Origin: Raillietiella orientalis
Lineage: Eukaryota
Direction of reading: 5' to 3'
NCBI GenBank assembly: GCA_036172245.1
Contig: JAYWIR010000002.1
Location: 2,542,001-2,606,000, forward strand
Length of the DNA: 64,000 bases
Shown here: piece after piece, positions 11,901 to 26,200 of the stretch
How positions within the stretch are numbered: position 1 is the stretch's first letter
How the letters are laid out: each line of letters opens with the position of its first letter
Notes under the pieces: generated by a model
Seen by the model: the letters and a program-made list of their open reading frames with translations, nothing else
What the model was told of the DNA's origin: nothing
Databases searched by the model: none
Translations under genes and position numbers: made by a program

Positions 11901-14083
11901 ATAAAAAGTAAAATCACTAATATTTAGTTACCTGTGTCACCACTGATAACAACAACTTGATTACTCCGCACAGTTCTCAAAATCTCTGTTCTAGCTGCAA
12001 ATGCAGGCAACTTTTGACGAAATTCAAACATTTTCTGGAACTGTTTGGAATGTTGCTTTGATAAAAATTCTTGTTTGTACTTTTGATCTAGATCATTATT
12101 CCTGACAACTTCATGGTGACTTTGTTTAATTTCATTATCTTCTAAACTGCATAAGACATTGGCTTTTAAATTATCCAAGAACTCTTCTTTAAATCTACTC
12201 TCTTCTATGTGCTTAAACTGTTCTTCGATACTATTACTTATGCTTGCAGCTGATTTTGGACCAATGATCTGAGATTGTAAAATAGGAAGGGAATGCCTTT
12301 GTTCGATGGAAAATGATTTTTCAACTTTCCTGAGTAACTGATTAATTTCCTTTTCTTTGCTGTGTGTAATTTCAATTTGTCCCAACTAGCAAACACATCA
12401 GCTAACTCTATAATAATTTTCACTCACCATTTCCACTTCCCGTTTTTTGGCTTTTTCTTTATTCAGTCGTGCATAGTACATACCTAAAATGCATAATTAG
12501 ACTACTATATAAAGTAATGCTATTTTTGGAGATATAATCATGAAAAACCCAAAGTATCCAAATATGCAATATGTAAAAAAAGGCTATCAAGAAAAAAGAA
12601 TTACACATTCAAAAGCAAAGATCATGCATCAAGTTTTTTTTTTTTTTTTTTTTCAATATATTAAATGCACCAATTTTGTTTTTTTGTGAAGATTCTTGCA
12701 TCCTAACAAATACAAGCAAATCTTCTCAAACAGTCACAAAAAAAGCGACTTGAAATTAAAAGAATCCTTGAGCTTCTGCTTGGAAATCCATGAATCAGCA
12801 ATGTTATTCATCAAATTCCATATGACTTAGGTAAAAAAAAAATAGTTTTGGCAAAAATAAAAACAAGAAGAGCCGGAACTGCTTCTAAAGCCGAATATAC
12901 TTATGAGAAGCAAACAATGATTGAAACACACATGCCATTCTACAGTCATCTATCTGATTACCAAATATAAGATTGTTAATGTTGCCTTAATCCGATCAAT
13001 AACAAAAAGAAATTAGAGTTCCACATAATAAAACTCTTTTTTTGTATTTTTCAAATGCCTGGTTTCATGCAATGTTCCAATGTTTCATACTATGCTTATG
13101 TTTTATACCATTTTTAATGAAAAATAGCAATCATGTCACAATCAAAAAAGATTGGTCATCACTGCAAAAAAAAATGAAGAAGAAAAAAAAAAAGGTATTT
13201 TGACAAACACTCTAAAGTTGTGAAAAGTCAAAATAACTTAAGAACTTGAAAGCATTTGCCATTAGAATAAAATAACATAAAACAACATAGAAACTGAAGA
13301 TAAAATTGCGGACCATACTACAAATTTTAATTGCATAACAAGTTGTAGACATATTAGCACTTCAAAAGAAATTAAAAAATTAACATTTCACTTGGTTCTC
13401 TTGCATATTGGTCCAACTTAAGAATAAAGACAAACATGAATGAAATTATTCAAACAGCCTACACTTCAATGCTAAAGAAATTCAATGCAACATTCATTCC
13501 ATGAATGAAAGTAATCAAATAACAAGAATCAGAAATAAAACAGAAAACACACAAACATCATATGAATATGCTTGAAAAACAACAGTTTTGCAAACTTGGC
13601 AACAAACATTTATGATAGGGAACTATGAAACCAGAAAAGAATGCAATGAAGATGTGATCATCTTTACTGTATTTCTATAACTTACTTTCCAAGTACCCTC
13701 CAGAATAGAAGGTCTATCTATATAAAAGTTTCCAGAATAGAAGATCATTGAAGATCTATCTATTCTGTATGAAAGTTCTGCTTAAAAAATGAAACTTCTT
13801 TGTTTTCTTGAAAGCAGGAATACATAAAGGAAGTTAATCTAACAAAAATGTATAGTTCATTAAATAGTTTTTTGGTTAAATCTGCTTAATGATCCCTCCC
13901 TAATGATACAAAGTTTTCAGAAAATCAATCAATTACATTTTTCGAGAGGAATCATTTTCTAACGTAACAGTGCAATTAAAACCTGTACTTTAAGATCTTA
14001 CCAATTTCTCTGCCTTTCAACCTGGGAGGATGTCTTGTTTTCTTACATTTATTTGAAAAAGATCTGATATTTGTTTCATCCAT
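5925..14083 (-). CDS. DHX36: ATP-dependent DNA/RNA G-quadruplex helicase DHX36 (RHAU/G4R1), 15 coding exons, 975 aa
   Basis: Exons: 14083-14002, 12483-12428, 12385-11932, 11827-11638, 10202-10028, 9986-9838, 9798-9688, 9646-9435, 9390-8924, 8878-8690, 8640-8468, 8412-8254, 8207-7895, 6173-6076, 6024-5925. All introns are GT-AG and phase-consistent (2928 nt). DHX36-specific motif [16 protein letters not shown]; motif [48 protein letters not shown]2 and OB-fold regions. Confidence 0.96.
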
Positions 14084-14429
14084 GAATTTTTCTCTACACC
14101 CTAAAACAAATTGAATAAATACCAATCCTGGAAATACTCAAGATAATCTTCTTTCTTTGAATTATCATAAAAAAAATTCGGGCATTGGAGGAATTGATTA
14201 TACAAAAAAATAGCATGTAATAGAAGATAAATGAGGAACGCTTTCTCCAAGTCCGAAACCTTAAATCCACATCAGAATATGCAAATCAACATGACTGCTA
14301 GACAATGTACGGTACTCCTTTTTGCATAATATATTTAAATACAGTGATTTACCAAAAATTCAGTAACAAGAACAAATAGCATATCCACTGGGAATGCCAT
14401 TCAATTAATGCATGTTATAGATAGATTTC

Positions 14430-14525
14430 TAACCAATTTTTGTCTTGCACACTTAGAAACTAAAAAACGCAAATTTTCATCGAAGTTTAAATTCTTTGCC
14501 AACTGGTTGCACGCTTCCGGCTTAC
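14430..14525 (-). promoter_or_regulatory. Candidate DHX36 non-coding first exon / promoter
   Basis: The ATG exon is preceded by an acceptor (ttgttttag at 14101-14109). A GTTAG donor lies near 14433, with a small CpG cluster and an ETS-like CCGGAAG near 14515-14521. Inference only. Confidence 0.25.
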
Positions 14526-15599
14526 GATGTTACCCATCATATTATTAGTATTCATGGTGCTACTTCCATATTCTTTGAATGCATGACAAAACATCTTCAA
14601 AAATCAAAAAGTGCCTCATAAACTGAGGAACTGATAGCTCAGACCTGATTACAGAAATCATAATGGTAGCACTGGATATTTCACAATAAAAATTTAACAT
14701 GAACTTCTGTGATTCAAGATTTTTGGATCTTAGTAGTTTGCATCTTATTAGGGCATAGATATCCATGCTACACAAATAAGCAACTATTATGCAATGCTTC
14801 CTAATTGCCCCTATGCAATCGATGAGCAGAAGGAAAAAGCCCTGGAGATGATATATACTTCAATGTTTCACGGGCATAATCACAATGAAAAAGTTATTTG
14901 CTGCTGGTGAGTCCCTAATAGATTCTTTAGACCAAATAACATTATGATCAACAATTAATGATTACAACACACATGTAGCATTACTTGGTTATGGGGCTAT
15001 CAATAATTTGCAAGGAATACCATTTACCCGCTCTTATAAAGAACTGTGTAATCCAAATAAATTTAGTCCGTTGTCGGTTTGGAAAAAAAATCATTTTTTT
15101 AACATACAAACTCATCAGAAAATCAGGATTCGGACTAAAATAACCATTCTTTATGGTTTGGGCTTCAGAATATCCTTACCATTATTGTGTTTACTGCTGG
15201 ATGAAGCATGCCCCTCATCTGGGGATTTGAAATGTTTCACCATCCTTTAATAATCCTACAAAATTGTTGAAATTTGTAATATTATGACTGCAATCCAGTT
15301 CTGACTTTTATCATTTTCAAACTATATTTACACGACCACATTGTCAGTACACACCTCCACTTCGTACGTACAGAGTTCCTTAAAAAAACAGTGCATTGTT
15401 AGTAATCATAATTACCAACAACTTTGTGAATATCACAAAACATGAAAACTTGCATTCCAAAACGAAACCAGCTTCTAAATTTATGCGATTAACTGTTAAC
15501 AAATACGTGTGATGCTTAATAACAAGAATATTTTACAAAGCAAGTGATGCAGCGCACGGGTTACGATCATTCCTATTTAAGATGTGGACTTCTATTTAA

Positions 15600-16800
15600 G
15601 ATGTGGACTGAATATCTCGAGCCGCAGCTCTGAGATATTCAGTCTCATGATCAAGTTTTTCACAATCAATACCGGGTGGGTTTTCAGGCTTTGGATCAGA
15701 CATGCTAAAGAGAACAGAAATATATGGAAATCCTTAAGAATGAATACAGAAATGTTGAACCTTTTCGAAAAAGCAGCCAAGCATTATTTAAGGTGACAAC
15801 AAAAATGTAGTTTAGTACACATTGAAAAAAACATAGACATGTTCGGAAGTGAAACTAGAGATACTTTCTTTTACGAAAAACCAAGTTAGCTGCAAGCCGT
15901 ATAGGAAATAACCGCAAAGCATTAAATGGCTTATTATATACAAAGAAATACACGAATCTGTAACTGCTAGAAACCATAGAACAATAGAGACGTTCAAAAT
16001 TACAGGAATGCATTAATTAAAGTGCTTTATTCGTTCTAGATAATCATTTAGTCCTGAATTATTACTGGAGTAAACCATACTGAACTTAATATCGAGAAAA
16101 TGAAGTGAAGAATTAAGTCATTTTTAGATTGTGCTTCGGCTCATTTTTTCCCAAAACTAATCCTCAAACTAGAATACATGCAAGAAAAAAATGCACAGCT
16201 TTTTAGACTAAACATTATTCCAGTTTCCTAAGCTAAGTTCCTTCCAGAGAATGAGACGCATTAAAAAGTTGCAATTTTAGAACAAAACAGTGCAGAATAG
16301 GAAAAAAATAACCAAAATAGCTAGCTATCATATAAAAAGTATTGTTCTTGACTGCTAAAGAGTTTTGATCGAGCCAATCAAAACAAGGCTAGTGTCTTCC
16401 TGCTAAAATCTTTTTCTAAGAAAGAAACGAAAGTTTAATCCACAAAGTTTTCAAAACGAATATGTAATGTGCAGTCACCCTCATTCCATAATAACCACAG
16501 GAAATAATTCCAAACACCTCACTCCTAATGAACTAAAAAGTATGGAATTGACATGGAATTCAGAAAGCAGTGAGAAAAATTTGAGAAGACAAATTTGACT
16601 AATGCCAACGAAGAGATACTATGGACTGTCTAGCTGACTTTGTCAACGCTATCATTGAATTTTATGCTGAAAGATCGGCAACAACTATTGGAGAAACAAC
16701 TCTGGAGGAAAATTGGTTTAAACTCAATAATATTTGTCACCCAAGGGCTAAACAAATTTAAGAATTCTTAAATTTCTTCTCTTTCATCGACCTTTCTTAT
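15600..16800 (+). mobile_element. Possible very old non-LTR RT remnant
   Basis: Scattered weak fragments (KKYGIDMEFRK; LSTLSLNFMLK, cf. LSPLLFN) across frames with many stops. Confidence 0.2.
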
Positions 16801-18023
16801 GTGGCGGAAAATTCTCATATGGCCTTTATGCTCATAATATATACTAAGCTCATATAGGTTGACAATGAATTAAAAGATTTGCATTTTTCTCAATCCATTG
16901 TCCTTAACGCTCGTTTATATCTTGCCTTGATGATGATAATTTCTCATTCTCCAATAAAATTTCATAAATTGCAATACTTCAGTGATCCGCCCTGGATCAA
17001 TGGACTTTAGCGCGTATAGCTGACAAATGGCAGGATTTCGTAGTAACAACCTTTTGCGAAGAACAGTTAACCGTAATTGCTTATAATTAAGAGTGTGAAT
17101 TCCTTATATTTCCACGTGGCACATAAAGCTGAAACAAAAATGCCTTTTATTTTTGGAATTTTTTAAAAATGACATGACACTGTGACATGCATTTGTTAAC
17201 TGCATAGGTTGATTTTATAACATCTTGGATGAATTTTAGATTGAATTACTACGCATATATTGTAATTAGGGCTTCCTCTTGCACATGTGAGCAATTTAGA
17301 ATGTGTTAGAAAATTTCTTTCTAGTTTGCATTCATGCAAATAAAAAAGAAGTGTTAATTATCTTTTTCATCATTACTCACTAAAAACATGTTTTTCTCCC
17401 TTTCCGAAACCAAATACTAGCTTATTGAAATTTTTGTTTGGGTTCTTCAGCTTGCTTCGTTATTTATGTAGTAAAGCAAATCTAGTTTCTTATGAGTTAA
17501 AAGTGATGTTTCGTTTGGGTTTTAGTCCAAGAGCTAAATTTTAGGACAGTTTTCGAAATTGTTCCCAGTATTGAAAGCACCAAAAATAAGCAATAATTAT
17601 GGCCAGAATCGCAATCCATACGAAACTAGGATCTCATACTTTAGTTTAATGTTTTTTGCTTTGTGTTTTTGCTTTGAAAATCAATTGCATTTCCACCTCC
17701 ATCGAGCTTACGAGTTGATTTTAAACCATGTTTCCATTATTTATCATTTTACGTATGTCATTATTTATTCTTGTACTGAGATTATGGATTCAAGTCTCCT
17801 AGCATACCTCAGTTTTAAAGTGTTACATAATGGTTCCCATTTCTAGTCAGATCGTATAAGGTCGTACAGAAGAAACTGAATGTCTGTTTAAAGAGAATTC
17901 AGTTATTCAGTTCCACCAGAGTCATTAAATAAGTATTTTATTTTATTTTGGTCAAAAATTTTACTGAGAACAGGTGAGATTCTATGCACCGTTTTAGGAT
18001 CTCCTTACATGGTAATGTTTCAG

Positions 18024-19578
18024 CAAGTTCTGCTAGATACATGGATGCAGCTTTTGTATTTAGAACAGGGTGTGACAAGTGTCTTAAACAGAGTTGTTAT
18101 CGAGTTCCTAACACCTCCAAAGGGAACTGCTTACAAACGTTTGGGAAATTTTCATGCTGAATTGTTTACGGAGACTGTACGAGTGAGCCGTGTGCAATGA
18201 TCAGAGAAGTTCCACTGTGCTCTTGGTCGAGCGGCGAAACTCGAGACGTGCTGAAGGAACAGCGCCCAGAGGGATTGCAAGTTTCACTTTTAGAAACACC
18301 CAAAGGGGTGACCGGATCGAAATAACACTGCGCGATAATTCACCATTTTAAGGACAACGAGAACTGTGAGGGTGCACTGTGCTGCGCCGTCTCATGAGCT
18401 GTGAAATGATCACCTCTTCGTCGAAGTAGTATCCTGATCGAAACCGTGGAGACGATGAGCAATCCCTCCCTCGCTTCCTTTCGCGTACCCCCCAACTTTC
18501 TGGAAACTTTTACCAGTAAGGGGCAGAGCCCCTTATTTTCAGGTGTCGAAAAGCCAAAAAAAAAAAAAGACGAAGATCACGTGAACAGCTGGTGTCTGCA
18601 TATAAGTACTTTTATTGTCCTCACGATGGGAATAAATCATTTTCTTACAAAAATATTCCCATACAAAACTTCCCAATTGAGCATTTTTTCAAAACCAGAT
18701 TCAAACAGGAGTACAATCTGGCACGAGGTTCGTTCTACCTAACTTGGGTTCTGAAAGACCAAGCGGACGGAGCCTTTGGGATGCTGCAGCTGCTGAGGAG
18801 CTATTCGCAAGCATTGCTGATGTGTAAAGTCAGATATTCGGAAAACCCACATAGAATGATTATAAGAAACACATAGCATGCACTTTGGAGTGTAATACTT
18901 CTGCTAACTTTCTGTTCAAGTCTTGAACTCACACTTTCTAATTGGTGCCTTGGTACCCTCAAGTGTTTTGTTTCCTAGTGAATCTGTTTCGAAAACGTGG
19001 CGAATTCTCATATCGACACTCACTGATGCAATCAGTGCGTTGTTTAGTAGATTGCAGTATTTACACGATTTTTTACACAATATGAGATTGGTGTCAGTAG
19101 CTTTCAGGACAACGCGGGGTAAGCAATCGCCAATCAAGGCATTGGTTTCGAACAAACAAAACCATTGCACATTTATGTGTGTTTGCCGTAATTATTTAAG
19201 TTTAAACAAAACTCTATAAATGGAATTTTCGTTTGGATATTTAGTCCTCACACTTTCAGAAATGAGTCACAAATGCATTCTGTCGATTCTCTTTTCCCCA
19301 TTTGCTTGGCAGATTCAGAAAAGGTATGCTCAGTAGATAAAGTGACAATGTAAATCGAATGTTTATAGACGGAAGGCCCAACTGCAATGATTTCGATCAC
19401 CAAAGAAATCTGGGGTGCACTTTTCTTTCGTTGGGAAAGCTCAAGAGTTCAATCATGTTTTAAAAATGCCAATTCACCTAACTTTACCGTAAATTTGCGG
19501 AACACGTCTTCAAAGCTGCCTTTTTGTGTGCCAAATGCAATGAAGTACAGAAAATGCGTTTCACAAATTGGGCACTAG
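18024..19578 (+). CDS. Candidate spliced gene of unknown function, convergent with the BBOX-like gene
   Basis: Phase-consistent GT-AG chain 18543-18605, 18699-18823, 18921-19118, 19313-19323 (11-nt micro-exon), 19369-19578 (stop), including a 45-nt intron typical of this genome. A possible upstream exon lies at 18024-18182 (QVLLDTWMQL..KRLGNFHAELFTETVR). 5' connectivity is unresolved and no domain is firmly recognised. Confidence 0.35.
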
Positions 19579-20241
19579 ACTTACACCCCTAAATTTCAAA
19601 TTTTTGGCATGAATATTCAGGGAAGTTTCCCTAGTGTACAGCAAAGAGGTTTGAACGTGTTCAATTGCACACAGTGCATTCGAGAGAGTTTTATAACACG
19701 TCGATGAACATACCATTGTAACGCCCAACAAAGATATTGGTCACCATTTGTACCCCAATTGCCAACTGTGGAATATGGAATATTTAGGAATACCTAAATG
19801 GAATGGCTTAAATCGGCCTTATTTCAACTTCTGACATTCACGAAATCGTTGTACACAAAAACTAAGCATGCTTGTTTTTGCACGATGTCAAAATTATCTT
19901 GGATTATTTAGTTGAACTTGCAAAAAATGCTATCACCATACCATGATAACGCTGAACAATTTACATTTCGATTTTTCCTACTTCACTTTTATCACAACAT
20001 AATTTATCCGGTATTAGCCGACGCCTTTCAAATGGTGCCACGGTATATGCAATGCAGAAAGTGGTTTGCTCATCACGTTAAGGATGATTTTAAACGGATT
20101 CGCACGTCATTATACATAATTTATCAGAACAAAAATAATTTCTTATATAATTTCAACGTGTACTTTGCACTTCAGTAACCCTTGTATTCGTTTTATTGTA
20201 CTCAAATGCTTCATTACGTCACCAAAAAGGCTCGACTTGAA

Positions 20242-23200
20242 TCAGGTAGTTTTCTGGTTAAGTAGCATGCTTTCATACTTGGCTAACACTTCATCAAAAT
20301 CTATGTAGCACCCTTGCAAGTATCTAAGAAAAATAATTTCAATATGTTTTGAATATAGCCATGAGTTTCGTATTCCAATAACTGTTTTTTGTAGATGTGG
20401 ATATTTGACTAACCGTTTTGTAACCCGGGGATCAAAAGCTGTCCTTCCATGAAGAACTCTTCTATTATTAAAGGTAATTAAGTCGCCTTCTGCAAGATGA
20501 AAAGCTAACTGTCTGCTTGAATGGCGCAATTGCGTGGCCAAACTCTGATAGGCCGTATAGAAGGGAAAGACAGCATTTGCAGGCACTTGCAAGGGAGCCA
20601 TCGTTCGGTTATTATAATGAATCTCATGTATTTCTCCATCTGCATTTAAGGAAAATATGTTGCATACCTGAGTGTACCGAATCTGAAAAATAAAAAAAAT
20701 TTTTAAAACCTTATTACGAATCAGATAATCAAAAATGACTAGTGCTAACAGTACATATAATGTTTAGGATTTACAAACAAGCAATCCAAGTCCTGGTAAA
20801 AGAACAACAGAACAGAATTAGAATCCGGTTTAAAGTGCTTTCCTGTGTGATAATTTGATAATAGAATCTCACTATCACATGAGAAAGCACTGAGGGGTGC
20901 TGTTTGCATAAAACGTCTTGGGTTCCTTTACTGATGCTTTCAACGTCGTACTTTAGCAATATTCTAAGAAATAGCTGTAATTACTCCTAACAACAATCAT
21001 GCGTGTACTGCTTTGCTGTTGCACATTTGTAAATTCTTTGGAATTTACTAGAAATTCTCTAGAGATATGCCGACTATGTACACTTTGATGCTTCAGAACC
21101 ATGAAAAATGAATTCTGAACATTTTTTATATCCGGATTCTTGCTCTTAAAGACTTTGGTGTTTTGAAGAGTGTTCTGTCTTTATCCAATATTTTTACTCT
21201 AGGAAGTATCTGTTTGGGAATCCCATTTCCTTCCATTGACTTGAATCATCCAGATTTCTGTTTTACATAATTAGAACCTAATCGATAAAAAACTGAAATT
21301 CAGTCTCCACACAGGATCTCAAAGAACACTTAAATGTAAGATTCCTAACTAACCTTGATATGCATTAAAATATAACAAGATCTTATGAACATTCATACAT
21401 TTAGGCTTTTCATTCTCTAAATGTCTTTGTAATTTCCCAAATCCCTCAGATTCTTCTTTCATTCTATTGTTTCAATTCCCACATTTTCAAACATGTTCTT
21501 TTACACAATCAGTATTTTGTTGCTTGATTGGAGGATTCTCGAATTTTTCTTTCATTTATTTTCATGCAAGGGATCTATCACGTTTTCATTGCAAAAGTTC
21601 TGATGGAAAATTCTGATGGTACTAAGCTCCTCTTCAGTAAGCATATTTTCTTTCTTTATACAGGAAAGAGAATCACAAATTCAAGTCTATAGCAATAGCG
21701 AATTCGCGGCAAACTTAAGGGCCTGATTTGCTCTTAAGTTTCTTCTAAACTTAAGGTCAAGTACTTTCAAAAACTTGAATAGCATTCTCTTCTGATCTAA
21801 AGTTCTAATCATCGTTTTTGCATGTTTGCCTGAATTGACTTTATCTCTGATACACCCGAAATTATGGGGCCTCAAAGTTTTCAACTGATTCGCAATAACT
21901 TCTACCATGTGTATTCTTTGCAAATTTGAGAAGGCAACATTCTGGATCTTACAAATATGTTTCAAATAAGAGATGTTCCCTAAATAGAATTTGGCAAATT
22001 GCCATCAAGTTTTAAAAAATGACTTTGAAATACCTGCCTGCTTATCAATTTGCAATATTGTTATAGATGCATACATCTTTGTAAGGTAAGTAAATTACAT
22101 TTGGTTAATTTGTAATCTTATGTGCAAACATACTGCAACCCTGATTTCATCAGAGATCAAAATGTTCTCTTGTACTCAAATACGGGTGTTCAAAAATTTG
22201 TCAGATGTTACTGAATTGAATGTTACTTTTGCAGCATTACACCATTTTGAATTTACTTATTTCAGAACCTTCTTCCTAAGTTATTCACTCTAAACATGGT
22301 GACATTTTGAAAATATTAATTCACTCAGTAAGCAGGGCCCATAATTTATGAGAAATTCCGATTTCTAAGAGCAAACCTTTGTTTTCTATTGAGACCCTAC
22401 TCAATATGTGCTTTCTACGCTTGCATGTGATTACAAATTTTTTTCAGGTTGGTCCCACACCAAATTTAAATTTTATTAAAATCAGCTTTGTTTAAAATTG
22501 ATTACAAATTAATTAAAAGGTAGAAATATCAAAAAGTAGTTTCTTTTGATGAATTGAAAAACTGATGCACTTTTTAATGGTTTGGCTGAATTGTATCTCA
22601 TACTTCCGTTGTTTCATGAGCAAACAGCAATGAAATTCCAAGAAATCAATTATATGAATTATTTGAATTCATGATCGTACTTAATGAAAAATTGAACAAT
22701 ACTGGTGTTAGGAACTTACTTAAATAAGCAATAAGAAAATCATAAAGATTCAAACCATGAAATTACTTACTCCTTTGCTTTTTATATGAAATCTAATTGG
22801 AGTAGAAGCTAATATGTAATATGCTAGTGGTTGATTGTCCTCCATCCATTTAGCCACTTCAAATCCATCAACAAAAAAGGATTTCCCTCCTTGCTGTTTC
22901 CCTGTATTTAACTAAGACTAAATCAAAATTTTGTCTCAAGGGTAACAAAACCTACCTCCAAGCAATGTAGCATCTGAACACCTGGACTTTTTTCACGATA
23001 ATTCATATCTGTGTGATGTTCCAAGTACAATCCAGAAAAAGCCAAGTGAGCATCAGGATCTGGACTATTAATCACATCAAATGTTATTCCATATTGTGTC
23101 TCTTTGACATATGCAATCCGTTTGGCTATTTGAAGAATTGTATCCTAAGGGAAAAATGTACGATATAAATTAAGAGTGAAAAAAAAAAACCACACACTAG

Positions 23201-26200
23201 AAAGTAAACAATACTATAGAAACAGTTGATGCATGCATGTAAAATAGCAAAATTTTTAAATAGTTGAAGCCACGACTGATATTGATTCGAACAATGTGAA
23301 TCTCCAAATAGACATGTACAACAAAAGAAATCTAATAATGTATTAAACTTGTAATGTTGGCATTTTAAAAATTAGAAGCCAGTGATCAAAAAATGCTACT
23401 GATATGGATTTAATTCTGTATTTTTTTGAGGTGTTAAAAACATTTAATCAGATATCAATGTGCTTTTTGCTTCATAATATGTTTCTTTCACCAAGAGTGT
23501 CCATACCTCAAAGAGACTTGAAGATAAAAGATTTCTTATAATTATTATAAATATACTTTATTATAAAAGATTTCTCTTTTATAATAAAGTCTCTTTGGGG
23601 TATGGAGAAACTTATAATCTAATTTCAGCTTCAAATCTAATTTCAGTTTGCAGCATTTTGCAAAGGTTCAACAAAGTGTAATCATTATGTCTTTATTTCA
23701 TCTTTTGTTTGGCCATTGGTAACCTCCAATAGTTTTATGCACACCTTCTGAATGACTGTAGGGCTTAAAATTTCATTATCACCATAATGTACTTTGTTTC
23801 CTTTTATTTTGCATCATTAATTTCCTTGGAATTTTGTATCAAAAACAAACTTTTGTTGTTTCAACCGTTTTTAAAAGAACAGTTTGGAAAACCGATTTTT
23901 CATTATTCATCAACATCTAATTTCCCAGCTGATTGTCTTCAGAATTCCAATCTGCTGTTTCATGTGTCCTCTTCTATATGAATGTTTTATGTTAATATGG
24001 TTTATGAAAAAGTTTTCTACTTGCAAATACAATTTTGTTAAAAGGGGAAATTTCTCTTAAAAACAGTCTGCAGGCTTTATTTCTCACTGATCCCACCATT
24101 TAACAAAAAGGTTTCCATATGATTTTAAATTACTTTATCATGAGCTTATGCTGAAAACTGTGATGTTATGCTGTGCTGTCTAAAAGCATTTGGTAATGAA
24201 AGAGACTTGAGGTACTACAAGAATGAATAGACTCTACAAAATGATGGAGTTCCCTATGATGAAAGGGAGGGAGAGTAGATATGCAACCGAATTTTTCAAG
24301 TTTCAAGCAGAAATTGAATTGTTCAGCAATTATGACTTTCTTAAACACAATACAATAAGGCAAGGCATAATTACCATACTGTTATGTAGCATGCTCAGGA
24401 ATCTTTGGTATTAGATTCATCATGGAATATCATCATATTAGAAATGAAAGTGGATTCTAAACCAGAGCAAGCATACAGGCGTTCACAGAGGTCTGAATCT
24501 TTCAACTTAAGGGTAACATGATAATTAGAAAAATAATGCAGTATTGAAACGAAGTAATGTAAAAGTCGAGAAGTTCTTTCAAGGAGGCAGTCTTCTTAAT
24601 AGGAAATAAGTATTTTTGGGGATGCAGCAAATAAGTTCACATTGGTAAAAATTTAAATTCTGCTGTAAACAGGAACAAAGATCTTCATGATGATGCAAAA
24701 ATAGATTAAAAAATCTTTAAACAATTGCAGCATCAATAACAATGAGATGGTTACATGACTAATTGGTTCTGGAGAAATTTCATTGAAAGAATTACAAAAA
24801 CTGTATGTCAGGCCCATACCACTCACTTATTTTGTCTGAATGTTGCAGTTCGGAGAGCACTTCCTAATTACATGTAAACACAATAATGTTATTTGTATAT
24901 GAAGAAAATATGCACATTTAGACTCCATTACGAACTACTAGATTAAGGACACTATCATGGAAGATTCTAAAAATCCTGTCAAGGGCCTGAAAGTCAGATG
25001 TATCAAAAAGACTTTTGAAAATTATATAGCTTAGTTTGATTTTCATGTACTGTCAGCATTTTGCATATCTCCTCATTTTGTAATAGCTATGCAACATACA
25101 TGACTTCTAAGCACATGCAGTTCAGTTTACTTATGATTTTTTGTAATCAATTCATTATGTGCAGTGCTCTTCAATTTCATTATTACAACTGATGCACTTT
25201 ATAACAAAAATGTTGAAAGTGTAGACCTCAGAGATTTTCACCCTAGGCAAATATGTGCTGATCTTAGTTCTATACCAAATTTGAGCATTGAAGTTTGGAA
25301 CCAATAAACAAAAACTGTAATAAGAGTAATTTTAAAGCTGTTCATTAAATTGAAGACATACAACAGAGCAGTTATGAGAGACAACTAAGAAGAATTTTCC
25401 AAGAATCTAACCTTTACTGAAGGCACATGTCGCATCATCACAATTCCAAACACGTAAAATTTTTCCAACCATTTTTTCATTCCTTCAGTAGAGGACATAA
25501 ATTCTTCATATTCCACCTCTGGAAAAGAGTCACAAAAGGAATTTGCATTCCAGAGGTGCAGTTTTGGTCTCAAGTGATGAATTTCAATATCTTTTTTTGA
25601 AGTTGGAAATGTATTGGGCATAAAACACTGACCATATTTATAAATCCTGGGGGAGAAAGGACAAATTTTTAATCCCTTAAAGTAAACTGTCGTTGCAAGA
25701 ATGTGTTTCACTGAACACAGTTATGCAACTTTCATTTAGTCAAGAAAAACCAATTAAGAAACACTAACCATTTTCCATCAAAAAGGGATTCATGGGTTCC
25801 ATTCTTTTCCGACCAAATAACGTTCAACTTGTTATCTGAAACCTTCAATGACAATGGCCTAATGCTGAGATCAATTGACGCAGTGTCCAATAATTTTTGG
25901 CGTGTTTGTACATGAACACAGGCTGCACATGTACAATTATCTCGGAGCTGAAAATATGATGGGGCATAAGACTTTGAGAGACGCCCCCTCTACCCAAATG
26001 TATTTGAATTCGGCAAACTTTTGATCAGTAAAAGTAATTTTGCAGGACTGATGAGAAATGGGATGGACTGACAAAATGTCTCCACAAGAAGTGGTACCTG
26101 ATACTGATAATGTCAATTGCACAACTACATTGATAAATTGAGCAATCATGCATATATATATAACAATTGCGTACAATTTTTTCTTGCATTGCACACACAA

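Noticed and set aside
13699-15610. Short direct duplications (13699-13765, 15573-15609; also 23616-23646, 34923-34963)
   Set aside because: Two-copy local slippage duplications with no shared sequence.
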